A stretch of DNA of 61,435 bases, counting the filler, from Squatina squatina (lineage: Eukaryota): assembly GCA_031763465.1 (NCBI GenBank). It is 4 parts of 4 records of this genome, joined end to end, with 100 filler letters (N's around TTAATTAATTAA, not from the genome) between each part and the next. Parts side by side here need not be neighbours in the genome. Positions count along the whole stretch, not along the records: positions 17,321 to 31,702 come from JARFOE010000168.1; positions 31,803 to 46,291 come from JARFOE010000222.1; 2 more parts are not named here. One strand, given 5' to 3'. The translations under genes and the position numbers were made by a program. The notes beneath the pieces were generated by a model. That model did not search any database. It had not been told where the DNA came from and saw only the letters and a list, made by a program, of their open reading frames with translations. Positions 22,805-34,965 of this stretch are shown here, piece after piece. Within the stretch, counting starts at the first letter, position 1. Each line of letters starts with the position of its first letter.

Positions 22805-25071
22805 ACCAAAAAGGCTTCCCTTATCCTCATCCTTTTATCTAGTTGAGGCGACTCTCGCAGCCGGTGCCCAAAATAGCTCGAGCGCTCCTGCCAATTCCAC
22901 GAGTCTTTAAACCACCCTGCAGAGAATCCAAAGTGCAACAGCTGGTCGAGGAATGTAAGAGTCAATGCTGGCTCAGCCAATCGGAAAGAGCTGCCACCCG
23001 TGTGTCCATAAGTAAGCTGGNNNNNNNNNNNNNNNNNNNNNNNNNNNNNNNNNNNNNNNNNNNNNNNNNNNNNNNNNNNNNNNNNNNNNNNNNNNNNNNN
23101 NNNNNNNNNNNNNNNNNNNNGGGTCATTTTTGTGAGGTTGCAGTTGATTATACATTGGGGGAAGGTTGCCACTGTCTGCTAGTTCTTTACAAACATGTTA
23201 ATGATTTCACTACACCTTGCGCACGGAGGAAATTTTCTGTTGTGTTAGGGCAGTACGGAGGAACACTTTGCTCTGCATCTAAACTGAGGGTGCTGATTGC
23301 TGACGTTTGATACAAAAAAATAGGAAAATGTTCCATTTCACAGCAAAGACATGTTTTACCATGAGGAGACGAGGAAAACAAACAGGCCAGCAATTCCTAA
23401 TTCAAAGCCTGTGCGGGCCTTTGTTTGGGAGTACAGCCAGTTCTCCATGCCACTGTGTGTTTCTTGTCAACAGTGCTGCATCACTGAGGATGGGATGGGG
23501 AAAGATGACTGGTAGGAGCATACCCATGGTCAAGCAGTCACCAAATATTGTTGAACCACAACTGTGAGAAGACCAACAACAAACCAATCTCCCGGCATAA
23601 CACTGGGCAGGATGGGAGTTTACTTTATAAAAGAAGTGAGGGAAAATAGGAAACTTAGATGCAACAGTATTAAAAATCGACACTGATACAATCCTGCAGT
23701 TACTTCAGGGAAATAAACTTCTCTCCCATTTGTTCTATCAATAACAAACAAGGTCTACGCTTATAGAAAAGTTGTTGAATGACTTACAACAGCCTGGAAA
23801 TATTGCCAGATTTCCTTAAGGGAAGAGTTGGTAGAGTTACATTGCTCACTGTCAACTTGTTTGATGTGAAGGCCCTCCTATCTTTGCTCATCCTTCTGCA
23901 CCTCCCCTCCGCCCCGCACCCCCCGACTTTGCTGCATTTGCCAAGAAAAGCTGTCAATGCAGCATGCAGTGGTGTTCTAACCAGTTTCACTCGCCTTCCT
24001 CATTCCCTTCTGGATTGCAGCACTTCTTCACTGTAAATCCTCATACCCTGCAACATCTTAAACAAGCAGTAGAAAAACCTCCCTTTTACACTCAATTTCT
24101 CCAATCAAGTAGATATACAAATCAAAATGGTTCATTCAATTGGCCAGAATTTCAGACACCTATCGGTCATTTAGAACTGGAGTGAGGGCTAGTGATAAAA
24201 CGCAGTACACATATAATATATAAGTAGACTCAATGCACTGTGCTTCCCCCCCCCCCTCCCTCCGCCCCCTTCACTGAATGTTATTTTTATCATTCAAATT
24301 CAGGTCTTTTGGAGGGGTATCCGCTGCACTGCTAGAACTGCTGAGGAGGAAGCATCCCACTGCCCTCAAGTTACCGAGAAATTTTAGCCAGACTTCCTTC
24401 TTCAAACACAGCTTTCTAAACAAGGTCAACCCATCTCTGATCTGTCACCGCGCGCACTTTTAAAAAAAAACCTCATTTAAAAAGTCTCGCACAAAACTTC
24501 ACCAGTCATCCCTGGCCCTTTAAAGTGAAAAGGCAGCTTCGGAAATAAAGAGTTGCAGACATTGATATTCCGGTCTGTCACAGCGTATATCTGCCAGGAG
24601 CTGCACTCGTTATGTACCTCAATTTATCTGCAAACCTTACAGAAGATCAAAGCAGGTTTCAGACAGTGGAAGTTGACCTACTGTAGACCAAGAGGTGACT
24701 TGTGGCTGCAGCAAACGGCTGTGACCTACTTCTGCTAATGAAAACTGCCACGTTCGGGGAGCACCTGCACTCTCGCAGCCGCATTAAATGATTTACTGGT
24801 ACATTAATGCAAACTAAGGCGACTCATTGCATAGAGTGGGACGCTTGCATTGATTTTAAAATCAATTTCAAACCAAGACACAAGGTTATCCTTTTCTTAC
24901 ATTTCCCCTTATAAAATGTTAATACGGTAAAAAAAAAAGGAATGAAGGAAGTGGAACTTTGCAGGGCATTTNNNNNNNNNNNNNNNNNNNNNNNNNNNNN
25001 NNNNNNNNNNNNNNNNNNNNNNNNNNNNNNNNNNNNNNNNNNNNNNNNNNNNNNNNNNNNNNNNNNNNNNN

Positions 25072-25138
25072 AGAGGGCCAGCACGCGCTCGATGGCCCAA
25101 ATGGCCGCCTCCTGTGCTGTAAACGTTCTATGATTCTG
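25072..25138 (+). mobile_element. CR1-type 3' terminus
   Basis: gatggcccaaatggccgcctcctgtgctgtaa..ttctatgattct. Confidence 0.7.
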
Positions 25139-26371
25139 TGGGAGGGTGGGGGAGAGGGAGAACAGAACAGAACAGAAGAAGGTACCATCCAGTTCTTGAT
25201 AGTAAGTTGTTACCTTTAGATCCAGTACCTTCCTAAAACCGACAGAAAGGAGGTTTTTGGGACATTTGTCACTTAACTTGTCCAGTTTACTTTGCCTCCT
25301 AATGCTGGTTATATTCCTCAGTCAGGTCCAATAAAGAAGTAATAGATTTGATGTAAGTCAACTCCACACAAACACACTTTGATTCAATTTTCCAGTGCAA
25401 TTTTCTGGATTTTTATGAGCAGTTATGGCAAGAGAGCTAATGCTGACAGAAATTGGAGTGGACGCGGGAATATCCTTACCTCGCACCATTTGTCAGAATG
25501 AGCTGCTGACCCTGGGGAATATAGATATCGAATTCACTCTAAGAACGCATTGTCCAAAGTTAAGACTTCACATAAATGCAATTCAATCCACCTAAGTGAA
25601 TTATTTTGGCTGCTTGCTCCAGTGAAGTGAACCTCTTTGACTAGATTACATCTATTACTGGGTTTACAGCCCAGAACTCTCCATCACAATCTGTATAACC
25701 TTTCTTGACGCAAACTATAATATTAGCAACACTGAAACCGTTTAACTTTCCAGAAAATGTCCTCATTACAAGGCACGAATTAACAAATTTGCTGATAACA
25801 TTCAACTCTGAATCCTTGATAAAGAAGTGCAGTCCTGTGGGAAATAGAGTTTTCAGTTGAATGTGTCATCACACAGCCCAGTAGAAGAATCTTTTTTTAG
25901 CATTCGGGGTCCAGCAGTAGAATGTGTCCCGATGACGGGCTTTAATTAGAAAACATTTATTGGAGGAGAAACTGGTTTATGGCGAGAATCTGTTCTATAA
26001 ACGAATCATTTCCAAATGTTGCAGTTCTGGCTCTAAACCTATCATATTCTCTTTCACTGGGTTATACAGTGTTTCCCGTGAGCAATCCTCATCCTTCAGG
26101 AACTCGACTTCTCAGAAGATATGTCCTTGTAGTGACCACCAGACACTGGCCTAACAATTAAGGCGCTTGTGTTAAATTGCTTGCTTGAATTTAATACGTA
26201 GGATTACACTTCAGTTTAGTTGGAATGGTGGAAATATCAAAATGCAAGGAGCGCCTTGCCGAATTAAACTAAATATAATATAATATATACAAATTAATCA
26301 ATGAAGCATCAGAATATACAATGATGAAGAAGTATCATTCATTATAGTTCATAGCAGATGTCCTTTTATTG

Positions 26372-26718
26372 AGAGACCTAGGTAGAGTGGAGATGAAGGA
26401 CCTATTTCCCTTAGCGGTGAGGTCAATAACAAGGGGGCAGAGATTTCAAGTAATTGGTAGAAGGATTAGAGGGGAGTTGAGAACTTTTATCACCCAGAGG
26501 GTGGTGGGGGTCTGGAACTCACTGCCTGAGAGGTAGAGGGAGAAACACTCATCGCATTTAAAAAGTACTTGAATATTCACTTGAAGTGCCGTAACCTACA
26601 GGGCTACGGACCAAGAGCTGGAAAGTGGGGTTAGGCTGGCCGGCTCTTTTTCGGCCGGCACAGACACGATGGGCTGAATGGCCTCCTTCCGTGCTATAAA
26701 TTTCTATGATTCTATGTT
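26372..26718 (+). mobile_element. CR1-clade LINE 3' end
   Basis: cacccagagggtggtgggggtctggaactcactgcctga..gggctgaatggcctccttcc..ttctatgattctatg. Confidence 0.85.
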
Positions 26719-28694
26719 GCAGAGAAATTNNNNNNNNNNNNNNNNNNNNNNNNNNNNNNNNNNNNNNNNNNNNNNNNNNNNNNNNNNNNNNNNNNNNNNN
26801 NNNNNNNNNNNNNNNNNNNNNNNNNNNNNTGTGATCATTGTTTCAATGAATTTTGAGCATCCTCAACATAGTCAATCATGTTTGGAGAGAGTGCAGCCAA
26901 TAGTGGCGATGCAAGCCAGTGTCACTGGTGTGAAGTTGAGGACTGAAGAAAGCAGTGAGTGCTGGGGCATCATTTGTGACAGATGAAATGTAGTTATCAG
27001 ACTGTCAAATGTGGTGCTGGTGGCTGGAGGGAGTGCTGGTCCTGAAGTTATCTGTTTAATTAATTACTTTTTAAAGTAAGGTCCATCTTGACAACCGAAC
27101 AATACATTGTGATCTAGCACTCCTATCCTTATAAAATGACCTCATCCAATTTGCCATGGGAGATCTGCTCCTGCTTGCATAACAGCTTGGGGTTTCTCTG
27201 AACACATTTCTCTCTTTGTGCTGATATTCTTGGACTTCGCTGCATTAACCTTGTATATTTACAGACCCAAGAATCTCCCAGTTGGATTCTGATTTAAGAC
27301 TGCATTTGATATTTTGCTATCTAACCTGTGTGGACTGCTAGATCCCAATTGGTTGTTATGCTCACAGCAATACATTGTGGGCTTTTGCAAAGCTAATGTT
27401 AGGGTAAATTTTCAATTGCCCCACTTCTGAAATCATGGGCTGCATGAGTGTATGCATCTGGCATGTGATCCTATGCCGTGAGTGAGTAGTTGGAAGACTT
27501 GCATTTAGAGGTGCCTTTCAATAGTGAAGGATAATTGAATAAATGTTTTCAAAGCAATCTTTTTCTACTCTGATGCTCAGCACATAATGTTCCGTGCCTA
27601 TTGACACCACTGTTGGCCAATGAGTTGGCAGCAGGGACAATTGAGGTGTGTAGCAGTGCATTTTCCAGGCATGATTGGTGGGGGAATTCCCCCATCATCT
27701 GCACTCTGGCCAGGAACAGTGTTCGCTATATGCAGCACCACATTGTTGAATCTGGTGACCAGATGGGAGCGATACTAACCTCCTGGGGAAGTACATCTCC
27801 GTGTAAGCTTGACTGAAGTTGGGGGTTTGCTGTGTGGAAAAACACTGAACCCTTGTTTTACTACTGGGCAGTAATGCGGTGGTTATTTTAAATCTGATTG
27901 ATGCGGTTTGTTTAGAAACAGATAATATTCAGCAGACTTCACTCTCCTAGCTCTCTAAAACCAGGACCTTTTTCAAGCTTGCAAAAATGATTGCTTCTGG
28001 TTTTATTATGAGTTTTTAAGGATTCTGCAGCTTTCATGTTCTCCAGTACCATACAGTGAACCTGTTAAAGATTTGGAACTTTTATTAATCACTTCAGGGA
28101 CTATCCTTTAAAAGCAATGTTCTTCGCTAAGTGCCGCAGTTCTTCCAAGATAACCAGTCCCACAGCTGAAAATCTACTGGAGCAAGTCCATTAGTGTAGT
28201 TGACGAACGTGAAGTGTTATGATTAGATGTTTTTTGCTGCCAGGACGCTATTAAATCCTGTCACTATAACTGGAAAGTCCCACAGCTAACAGAACTAGGA
28301 TTCACATTATTTCCCTAAATTTTTTGGACACAGTCCAGGAGCTGTTAGTGTGGGCAGGGCTGTGGCATAATTCTGACTGTCTTGAAGCTTTTATGTCTGT
28401 AGGGCAGCTCAACGATCAGATGCAAGAGTTTTGTTAGTTTTAAGGTGGAATAACCACTTCTTCAGACAGTTAAAGCTGATAGCATCTGCTACCATATTCT
28501 CCCAAGAGTTCAGATTTGTCTCGACTTTTGTCCTTTGGGTCCAGGGTCCTTTTAGCAGTTAGTGTCAGATTGTTGAGATAGGGGTGACTCGAGGCTACAT
28601 AAGAAAACAAAATCCTCGTGTAGGTTTTCCATTGGCAGTTGAACCAGGAAGCAACACTTGCTGAACATTTAAAAGCTGACACTTTACAATCTTA

Positions 28695-28764
28695 CAAAAG
28701 CGAAATACTGCGGATGCTGGAATCTAGAATACAAACAAAAATTGCTGGAAAAACTCAGCAGGTC
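28695..28764 (+). mobile_element. Penelope-type terminal repeat fragment
   Basis: aaaagcgaaatactgcggatgctggaatctagaata..ctcagcaggtc; several copies in the window. Confidence 0.65.
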
Positions 28765-28864
28765 NNNNNNNNNNNNNNNNNNNNNNNNNNNNNNNNNNNN
28801 NNNNNNNNNNNNNNNNNNNNNNNNNNNNNNNNNNNNNNNNNNNNNNNNNNNNNNNNNNNNNNNN

Positions 28865-29080
28865 CTTATCCCGCTTTCTTGGAGCCCCACGAAACCTGTC
28901 TAGTACCCGATGCGTTTCTGGTGGTTTTGGACATGGATGAAGGAACTCTAAGCTATATTGTGGATGGACATTACCTGGGAGTTGCATGTAGAGGACTTAA
29001 AGGGAAAAAACTTTATCCTGTTGTAAGTGCTGTCTGGGGTCACTGTGAAATCCGAATGCGCTACATTAATGGACTTGACC
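28865..29080 (+). CDS. SPSB1: SPSB1 SPRY-domain exon, 3' part (5' end in gap)
   Basis: [66 protein letters not shown]; donor gtaagt at 29081; synteny with MIR34A favours SPSB1 over SPSB4. Confidence 0.9.
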
Positions 29081-30405
29081 GTAAGTAATCTACAGCTCTT
29101 ATCTTTTCATCTTTTATCCAAAGATTCTTTACCATGAACATTTTCTTCAGTTGTTTTAAACTGAGCTAAAATTCAGTTTGAGGTTTATAATCTGACTCTT
29201 TCAAGTGGACTGTTCAATACAATGTCGATTATTTAAATTAGTGGAAGACTGATCAAATTCATTTGCATGCAAGACCATGTGCAAAATTAATGTGTTATAT
29301 GTGATTCTATTTTGGTGGGTGGTGGTGGGGAGGGTTTAAAGCAGAGAATGAAAAGGATTTGATGGCCATCATAAATGTCTTGTACAGGTCTCCTGTTTGC
29401 ATAGCAGATCAATTTCACTTCCCATCTATTGAAGCACTACCGCAGCATTTACACAGCAGCTTCTCGAAGCAGTCCATGGATCAGCTGGTGAGATCTAATT
29501 ACTGCTTCACACATCCGCTATGTTGTATATGGCGGAGTTGGATGGGGGAGGTGGAAGGAGGCATGAAAACTGCAAATCAGCCTGTGTACATGAACCCGAT
29601 TCAAATATTTTGATTGGCTGCTGCAGACTTAAAACTGGCAGCATGACATGTGCATTGTAGAGGGCTGAATTTCAGTTGTCATTAGTGCTCTTGGTTCCCT
29701 TGCCAAGCCACCATACCTTGAGGCACTGTTTTTTCCAATTTTGTTTCATGCTATTCAATGTAATGTTGTATCACTGGATAAATATAAAGTAGCCCATTTC
29801 CATGTACTTCTGCCACCTACTAAAGTCACTATGTTGAGATATTGAATTGGCTAGAAGCCTCACCCATGACTCACAATCTGGGGCAGCTATGTTCCATATA
29901 CCATTGCAGAAAGCCACCACAGGTAATCCTCTCATATTCCATATAAAACACTACTGTCGGGTCATTCCATTGGAAAGTGAGGCTCTGAGATAAGGCCATC
30001 AAAAAAAATGAGCCCAACGGCCTTTTCCTGTTCCTCTAATTTCTTACAGATTTATATTCGCCATGATGCATAAGTGATCGAGGCAATTTTCCACATGGTG
30101 CGTGCCATCGACAGCACAGAGAATAAAATTAGAGCATGAATCCCCCTGAGTTGTTCTCATACACTTCCAAACAGCCAGCTCCAGAGCAGCATAAGAACTG
30201 GTATACCATCCCTTCTTTTCTAGGTACTATATTGTGGTTAAAATGAAACCCCTTCCCCTTGCCTTTCATAACCTTCCACCTTGATCATCATCTTTCTTTC
30301 TGATANNNNNNNNNNNNNNNNNNNNNNNNNNNNNNNNNNNNNNNNNNNNNNNNNNNNNNNNNNNNNNNNNNNNNNNNNNNNNNNNNNNNNNNNNNNNNNN
30401 NNNNN

Positions 30406-30603
30406 GTTGAGGCCAAATCATTAAATATATTCAAGAAGGAGTTAGATATAGTTTTTATGGCTAAAGGGATCAAGGGATATGGAGAGAAAGCAGGAACAGG
30501 GTACTGAATTTGGATGATCAGCCATGATCAGATTGAATAGCAGAGCAGGCTCGAAGGGCCGAATGGCCTACTCCTGCTCCTATTTTCTATGTTTCTATGT
30601 TCT
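30406..30603 (+). mobile_element. CR1-clade LINE 3' end
   Basis: ggctcgaagggccgaatggcctactcctgctcctattttctatgtttctatg. Confidence 0.88.
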
Positions 30604-31464
30604 GGAAAAAGTCTCCATAATCTGAGTGTAGGTAATGGTGTTTGTTGCACCAGCATTACTCAGACAATAACTCTGATGGCAAGTGCAAGCCTTTGCATGG
30701 TTTTTAGGTAGTTGTGATCAAGATGTACAGGCCAGAAAGTTAATCTTCAAAGATTAGAGGGAGGGTGATACATTAAATGGAAGCTGCAGTCAGAATTAAA
30801 ATCCCACCTGTTCTTCACTCGGGGAAAAAAAAACAATGTAAGGTCTCAAATGTTCTTTTTAAACTCTCCTTCTGGGCTCTCATTGCATCAAGGTTCCAAA
30901 TTAATCCAATTGTGTCGGTAGTTCAGTTCCCTCTTTACCATATGTGGTAAAATAATCAGGTTCTAAATGCCTTTTTCTTCCTAAAACGTTTTCTCTGGAA
31001 TGTCTGTTTTAAAATCTGAAAACTGCCTCAGAACAAAAAAATTGTGCTGCTGAGTCCAGACACCCAAACAGGATTTGGTTCCAGCTACGCTGAATAATTG
31101 AAATGAATGACCTCTTCTCTTAGCTTTGACGTGTTCACTGTTTAAACAGGACAGTGTGGCAACAAGAAATGCAGCCATCCGTTGTTCTCAGACATTTGAG
31201 TTGGCAACTGCTGGTAAAGACTGCCTAAAAACAGTCTTTAAAGAAATCACATGGGCTTATCTGAAATGCTGACACATTACACAAGGGTAATTAACCCGTG
31301 GCAGATGCTCCGACTGTCTCATCTGTTTAGTTGGAAGCGTTCAGTAAGTAGGATGTTGAAGTGAGCAGTTCAGTCTACATACACTGGATTTAGCAAGAGT
31401 CATATCCACCCAGCTTTCTTCTACCTAGCCCACAGTACCGGGAATGCAAATGTAACCAATCTGC

Positions 31465-31702
31465 TTTTGGATGAGAAGTTAAACCGTCTGCTCTCTCAGG
31501 TGGGCGCAAAAGATCCACACGGCACTATTTCAAAGAAAAGCAAAGGAGTTCTCCCCGGTGTCCTGGGGCCAATGTTTATCCCTCAATCAACATCACCAGA
31601 AAACAGATTATCTGGTCATTATCACATTGCTGTTTGTGGGAGCTTGCTGTGCGCAAAATGGCTGCCCCATTTCCTACATCACAACAGTGACTACACTTCA
31701 AA
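31465..31702 (+). mobile_element. DeuSINE core
   Basis: Closely similar to 22284-22515. Confidence 0.88.
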
Positions 31703-31802
31703 NNNNNNNNNNNNNNNNNNNNNNNNNNNNNNNNNNNNNNNNNNNNTTAATTAATTAANNNNNNNNNNNNNNNNNNNNNNNNNNNNNNNNNNNNNNNNNN
31801 NN
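31703..31802. other. Synthetic scaffold linker N44-TTAATTAATTAA-N44
   Basis: Same structure as 17221-17320. Confidence 0.95.
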
Positions 31803-32649
31803 TCAGGTGCTACAAAGGCATGAATTTTGCCCCCCAAGTGTCTTCTCACAGACTCTGCAAACTTTGCCGGGATTAAATTTCGAGGATATTCAAGGCCAAT
31901 GCTAACGTTGTAACAACACAACCCAATGTAATTTTCCTGGGTTTAACTTGTGATTTGGAGCAATTTTGATCTCCATGTTTGAATTTATGAGTTTACAAAG
32001 ACAGTAATGTTTCCACAGGAGCATATTCATTAAAATCTTCATCTAATCATAATTTTGCTGGAATTATACAAGCAGTGTTTTTATTGTTGCCATGAGATTT
32101 AGAGGGTTAAAAATGCAGGTGCCAATGCTGCAGGCATCTATCTGTAAAGGCACAGTTGGAGTGCTCTAATTTCTGAGTTTTCCTGCCAACAATTGCAGTG
32201 CAAATCCAATCTATTCCCATTTCTTTTCTAAATATATGTTTCTCACAAATTCTGACAACATGCTTTTTTTGCTTGGTTGTGCCTGTTATGAAGCTGGTAG
32301 CTTCATAATGGAATGGAATGGAATGGAAATTAATGGCATTTGCATGCAATACATGTCTTCACCTCCATTGCAAAAAGTGCAAGATCTTAAAAATAATGAT
32401 ATTTCAGACAGTCATTTCCAGCAAGGCTTATATAACTAAAATTCCATCAAGGAAAATTCCATCAGTGCGGCACTGCAGCTTTAATCACAGTCTCAAATGC
32501 ATCCTACATTCCTATTTTGAACACGGTAATTGATATCCAGCTTTACAAANNNNNNNNNNNNNNNNNNNNNNNNNNNNNNNNNNNNNNNNNNNNNNNNNNN
32601 NNNNNNNNNNNNNNNNNNNNNNNNNNNNNNNNNNNNNNNNNNNNNNNNN

Positions 32650-32860
32650 AATCTCTCTTCATACGTCAGTCCTGCCATCCCAGGAATCAGTCTGGTGAAC
32701 CTTTGTTGCACTCCCTCCATAGCAAGGACATCCTTCTTGCTAAAACCTATATAGACTACATCAAATGCACTACCCTCATCGAGCATCCTTGTTACCTCCT
32801 CAAAAAATTCCATCAAGTTAGTCAGACACGACCTCCCCTTAACAAACCCATGCTGACTGT
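32650..32860 (-). mobile_element. CR1 ORF2 reverse transcriptase fragment with internal deletion
   Basis: SQHGFVKGRSCLTNLMEFFEEVT..DVVYIGFSK joined directly to KDVLAMEGVQQRFTRLIPG. Confidence 0.85.
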
Positions 32861-34039
32861 TACACATCTGGGTTTGAAGTCCCACATCTGGGCTGCAGTG
32901 TTGGAATAACTGGTTCTATGAATTTTTAAGGCCACTCTATTTCTTTTTAGACATGAAATCAGTGCAACACTCCTAACTAAATGATGGTTATTCCATTCTA
33001 CAGATTTCTGTAAAACAGCTATTGTTACATAAGATTAGCAGATGCTGACAAATATAAATTACAATGTACAAAAATGTGATGTTGAGCCTTTTGACAATTC
33101 TGTGTATTTCTGATATAGGTGGTAATGTAGAATTCTGTATTCCTATAAGGGAGACAACAATTTATCACTGCAGTTTAATTCTTGTTAGCCTGTTTTGACA
33201 GAAACTTGGGCTTGACCCAAGATGTCTTGGAAGCTATACAGCTGTGAATTACAGCCCCATCAATATACGTTGTTCTGTTTGAATTGGACTGATATTAATT
33301 CAGGAGTAAATACAACCCAGTCACATAATTTGCTGTAAGGCTGCTCTTCAATGATGCTCCTGGAAAATTACATTGCCTGCGAGAGGCAAAACAATTAAAG
33401 ATGTACAAACAGCATCTGGACTGAACTAAACCTGTGGAAAATGTGACCGTGAATCAAACTGCAATTTCAGGAATATCAATTGGGATGTGACCTGAATCAC
33501 TTGTAGCCTTGTAGTACAGGCGCCTAAATAATGCAAATGTGATGTCCAGACTAATTACTNNNNNNNNNNNNNNNNNNNNNNNNNNNNNNNNNNNNNNNNN
33601 NNNNNNNNNNNNNNNNNNNNNNNNNNNNNNNNNNNNNNNNNNNNNNNNNNNNNNNNNNNGAGCAGGGGCTGTGTGAGCTCTTCTGTTTGAACTGGGAACT
33701 GAGTTAACTGAACAGTCAACAAGGCTATATATGGGACACATGCAGCTGGAAACTATTAAGTGGCCTATAAAGAAGTTGGAAGCACTTAAGCCAACTGAGC
33801 TATTAAGTGGCCTGTCAGGTTGGAAGCAAGCTGTGGAATTTGCATGAACACCACGAATAGGTCAGTACACTATGGGCCCTTTAACATTAACGTTTGCACG
33901 TGTTTNNNNNNNNNNATGCTCCAAATCTAAAGTGGCTAATTGGGGGCTTGAATGAAAATTTTCACAGAGTCCCATTTCAAGCGCGAAATTCGGCGCTTAG
34001 CACTAGAAACACCCAAAACACAAATTGGCCGCCCTTTGT

Positions 34040-34277
34040 GTCTTGTAGATGGTGGAAAAGCTTTGGGGAGTTAAGAGGTGAGATACTCGCTGCAGAATAC
34101 TTAGCTTCTGACCCACTCTTGTTGCCACAGTATTTATATGGCTGGTCCAGTTAAGTTTCTGGTCAATGTTAACCCCCAGGATATTGATGGTGGGGATTCA
34201 GATGGTAATGTCATTGAATGTTAAGGGGCGGTGTTTAGACATTCTTTTGTTGGAAATAATCATTGCCTGGCTCAATT
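34040..34277 (-). mobile_element. Non-LTR retrotransposon ORF2 fragment (CR1/L2 group), decayed
   Basis: Minus strand gives QAMIISNKR..PLTFNDITI then INILGVNIDQKLNWTSHINTVA, typical of the region after RT. Confidence 0.75.
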
Positions 34278-34511
34278 NNNNNNNNNNNNNNNNNNNNNNN
34301 NNNNNNNNNNNNNNNNNNNNNNNNNNNNNNNNNNNNNNNNNNNNNNNNNNNNNNNNNNNNNNNNNNNNNNNNNNNNNNNNNNNNNNNNNNNNNNNNNNNN
34401 NNNNNNNNNNNNNNNNNNNNNNNNNNNNNNNNNNNNNNNNNNNNNNNNNNNNNNNNNNNNNNNNNNNNNNNNNNNNNNNNNNNNNNNNNNNNNNNNNNNN
34501 NNNNNNNNNNN

Positions 34512-34693
34512 CTGTAGATACTGTGTGTTCAATCAGGGCTCTGTAGATACTGTGCATGTGCAGTCAGGGCTCTGTAGATACTGTGCATGTGCAGTCACGG
34601 CTCTGTAGATACTCTGCATTTGCAGTCAGGGCACTGTAGATACTGTGTGTTCAATCAGGGCTCTGTAGATACTGTGCATGTGCAGTCGGGGCT
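34512..34693. repeat. Minisatellite of 29/31-bp units (ctgtagatactgtg..cagggct), six copies, runs into gap
   Basis: Units start at 34512, 34541, 34572, 34603, 34634, 34663. Confidence 0.92.
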
Positions 34694-34694
34694 C

Positions 34695-34813
34695 CGTCAA
34701 TTGCTCCTCGATACCGGGGCATTTGAGCAATTTGAAGGTAAGTGTCGGGACACCGGGAAGTGTCTTGAATATCCGGGACCTAACCGGCACAACTGGGAGG
34801 TCTGGTCACCCTA
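34695..34813. mobile_element. hAT-Blackjack-like element terminus
   Basis: Ends tctggtcacccta (reverse of TAGGGTGACCAGA); subterminal ccggga repeats. Confidence 0.55.
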
Positions 34814-34816
34814 CTT

Positions 34817-34965
34817 ATAGAATCATCGAGTAGTACAGCACAGAAGGAGGCCATTCGCACCATCGAGTCTGCGCCGACTCTTTCAATGACCGAACCAGTC
34901 AAGCCCACTCCCCTCGTTCTTCCCCCATATCCCTGCAATTGTTTCTCCTTCGAATACTTATCCAG
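34817..34965 (-). mobile_element. CR1-type 3' end
   Basis: atagaatcatcgag..cagcacagaaggaggccattcg is the reverse of the CR1 terminus. Confidence 0.75.

Noticed and set aside
34512-34693. About 30-bp repeats as a CRISPR array
   Set aside because: Head-to-tail units without spacers, vertebrate context, no cas genes.
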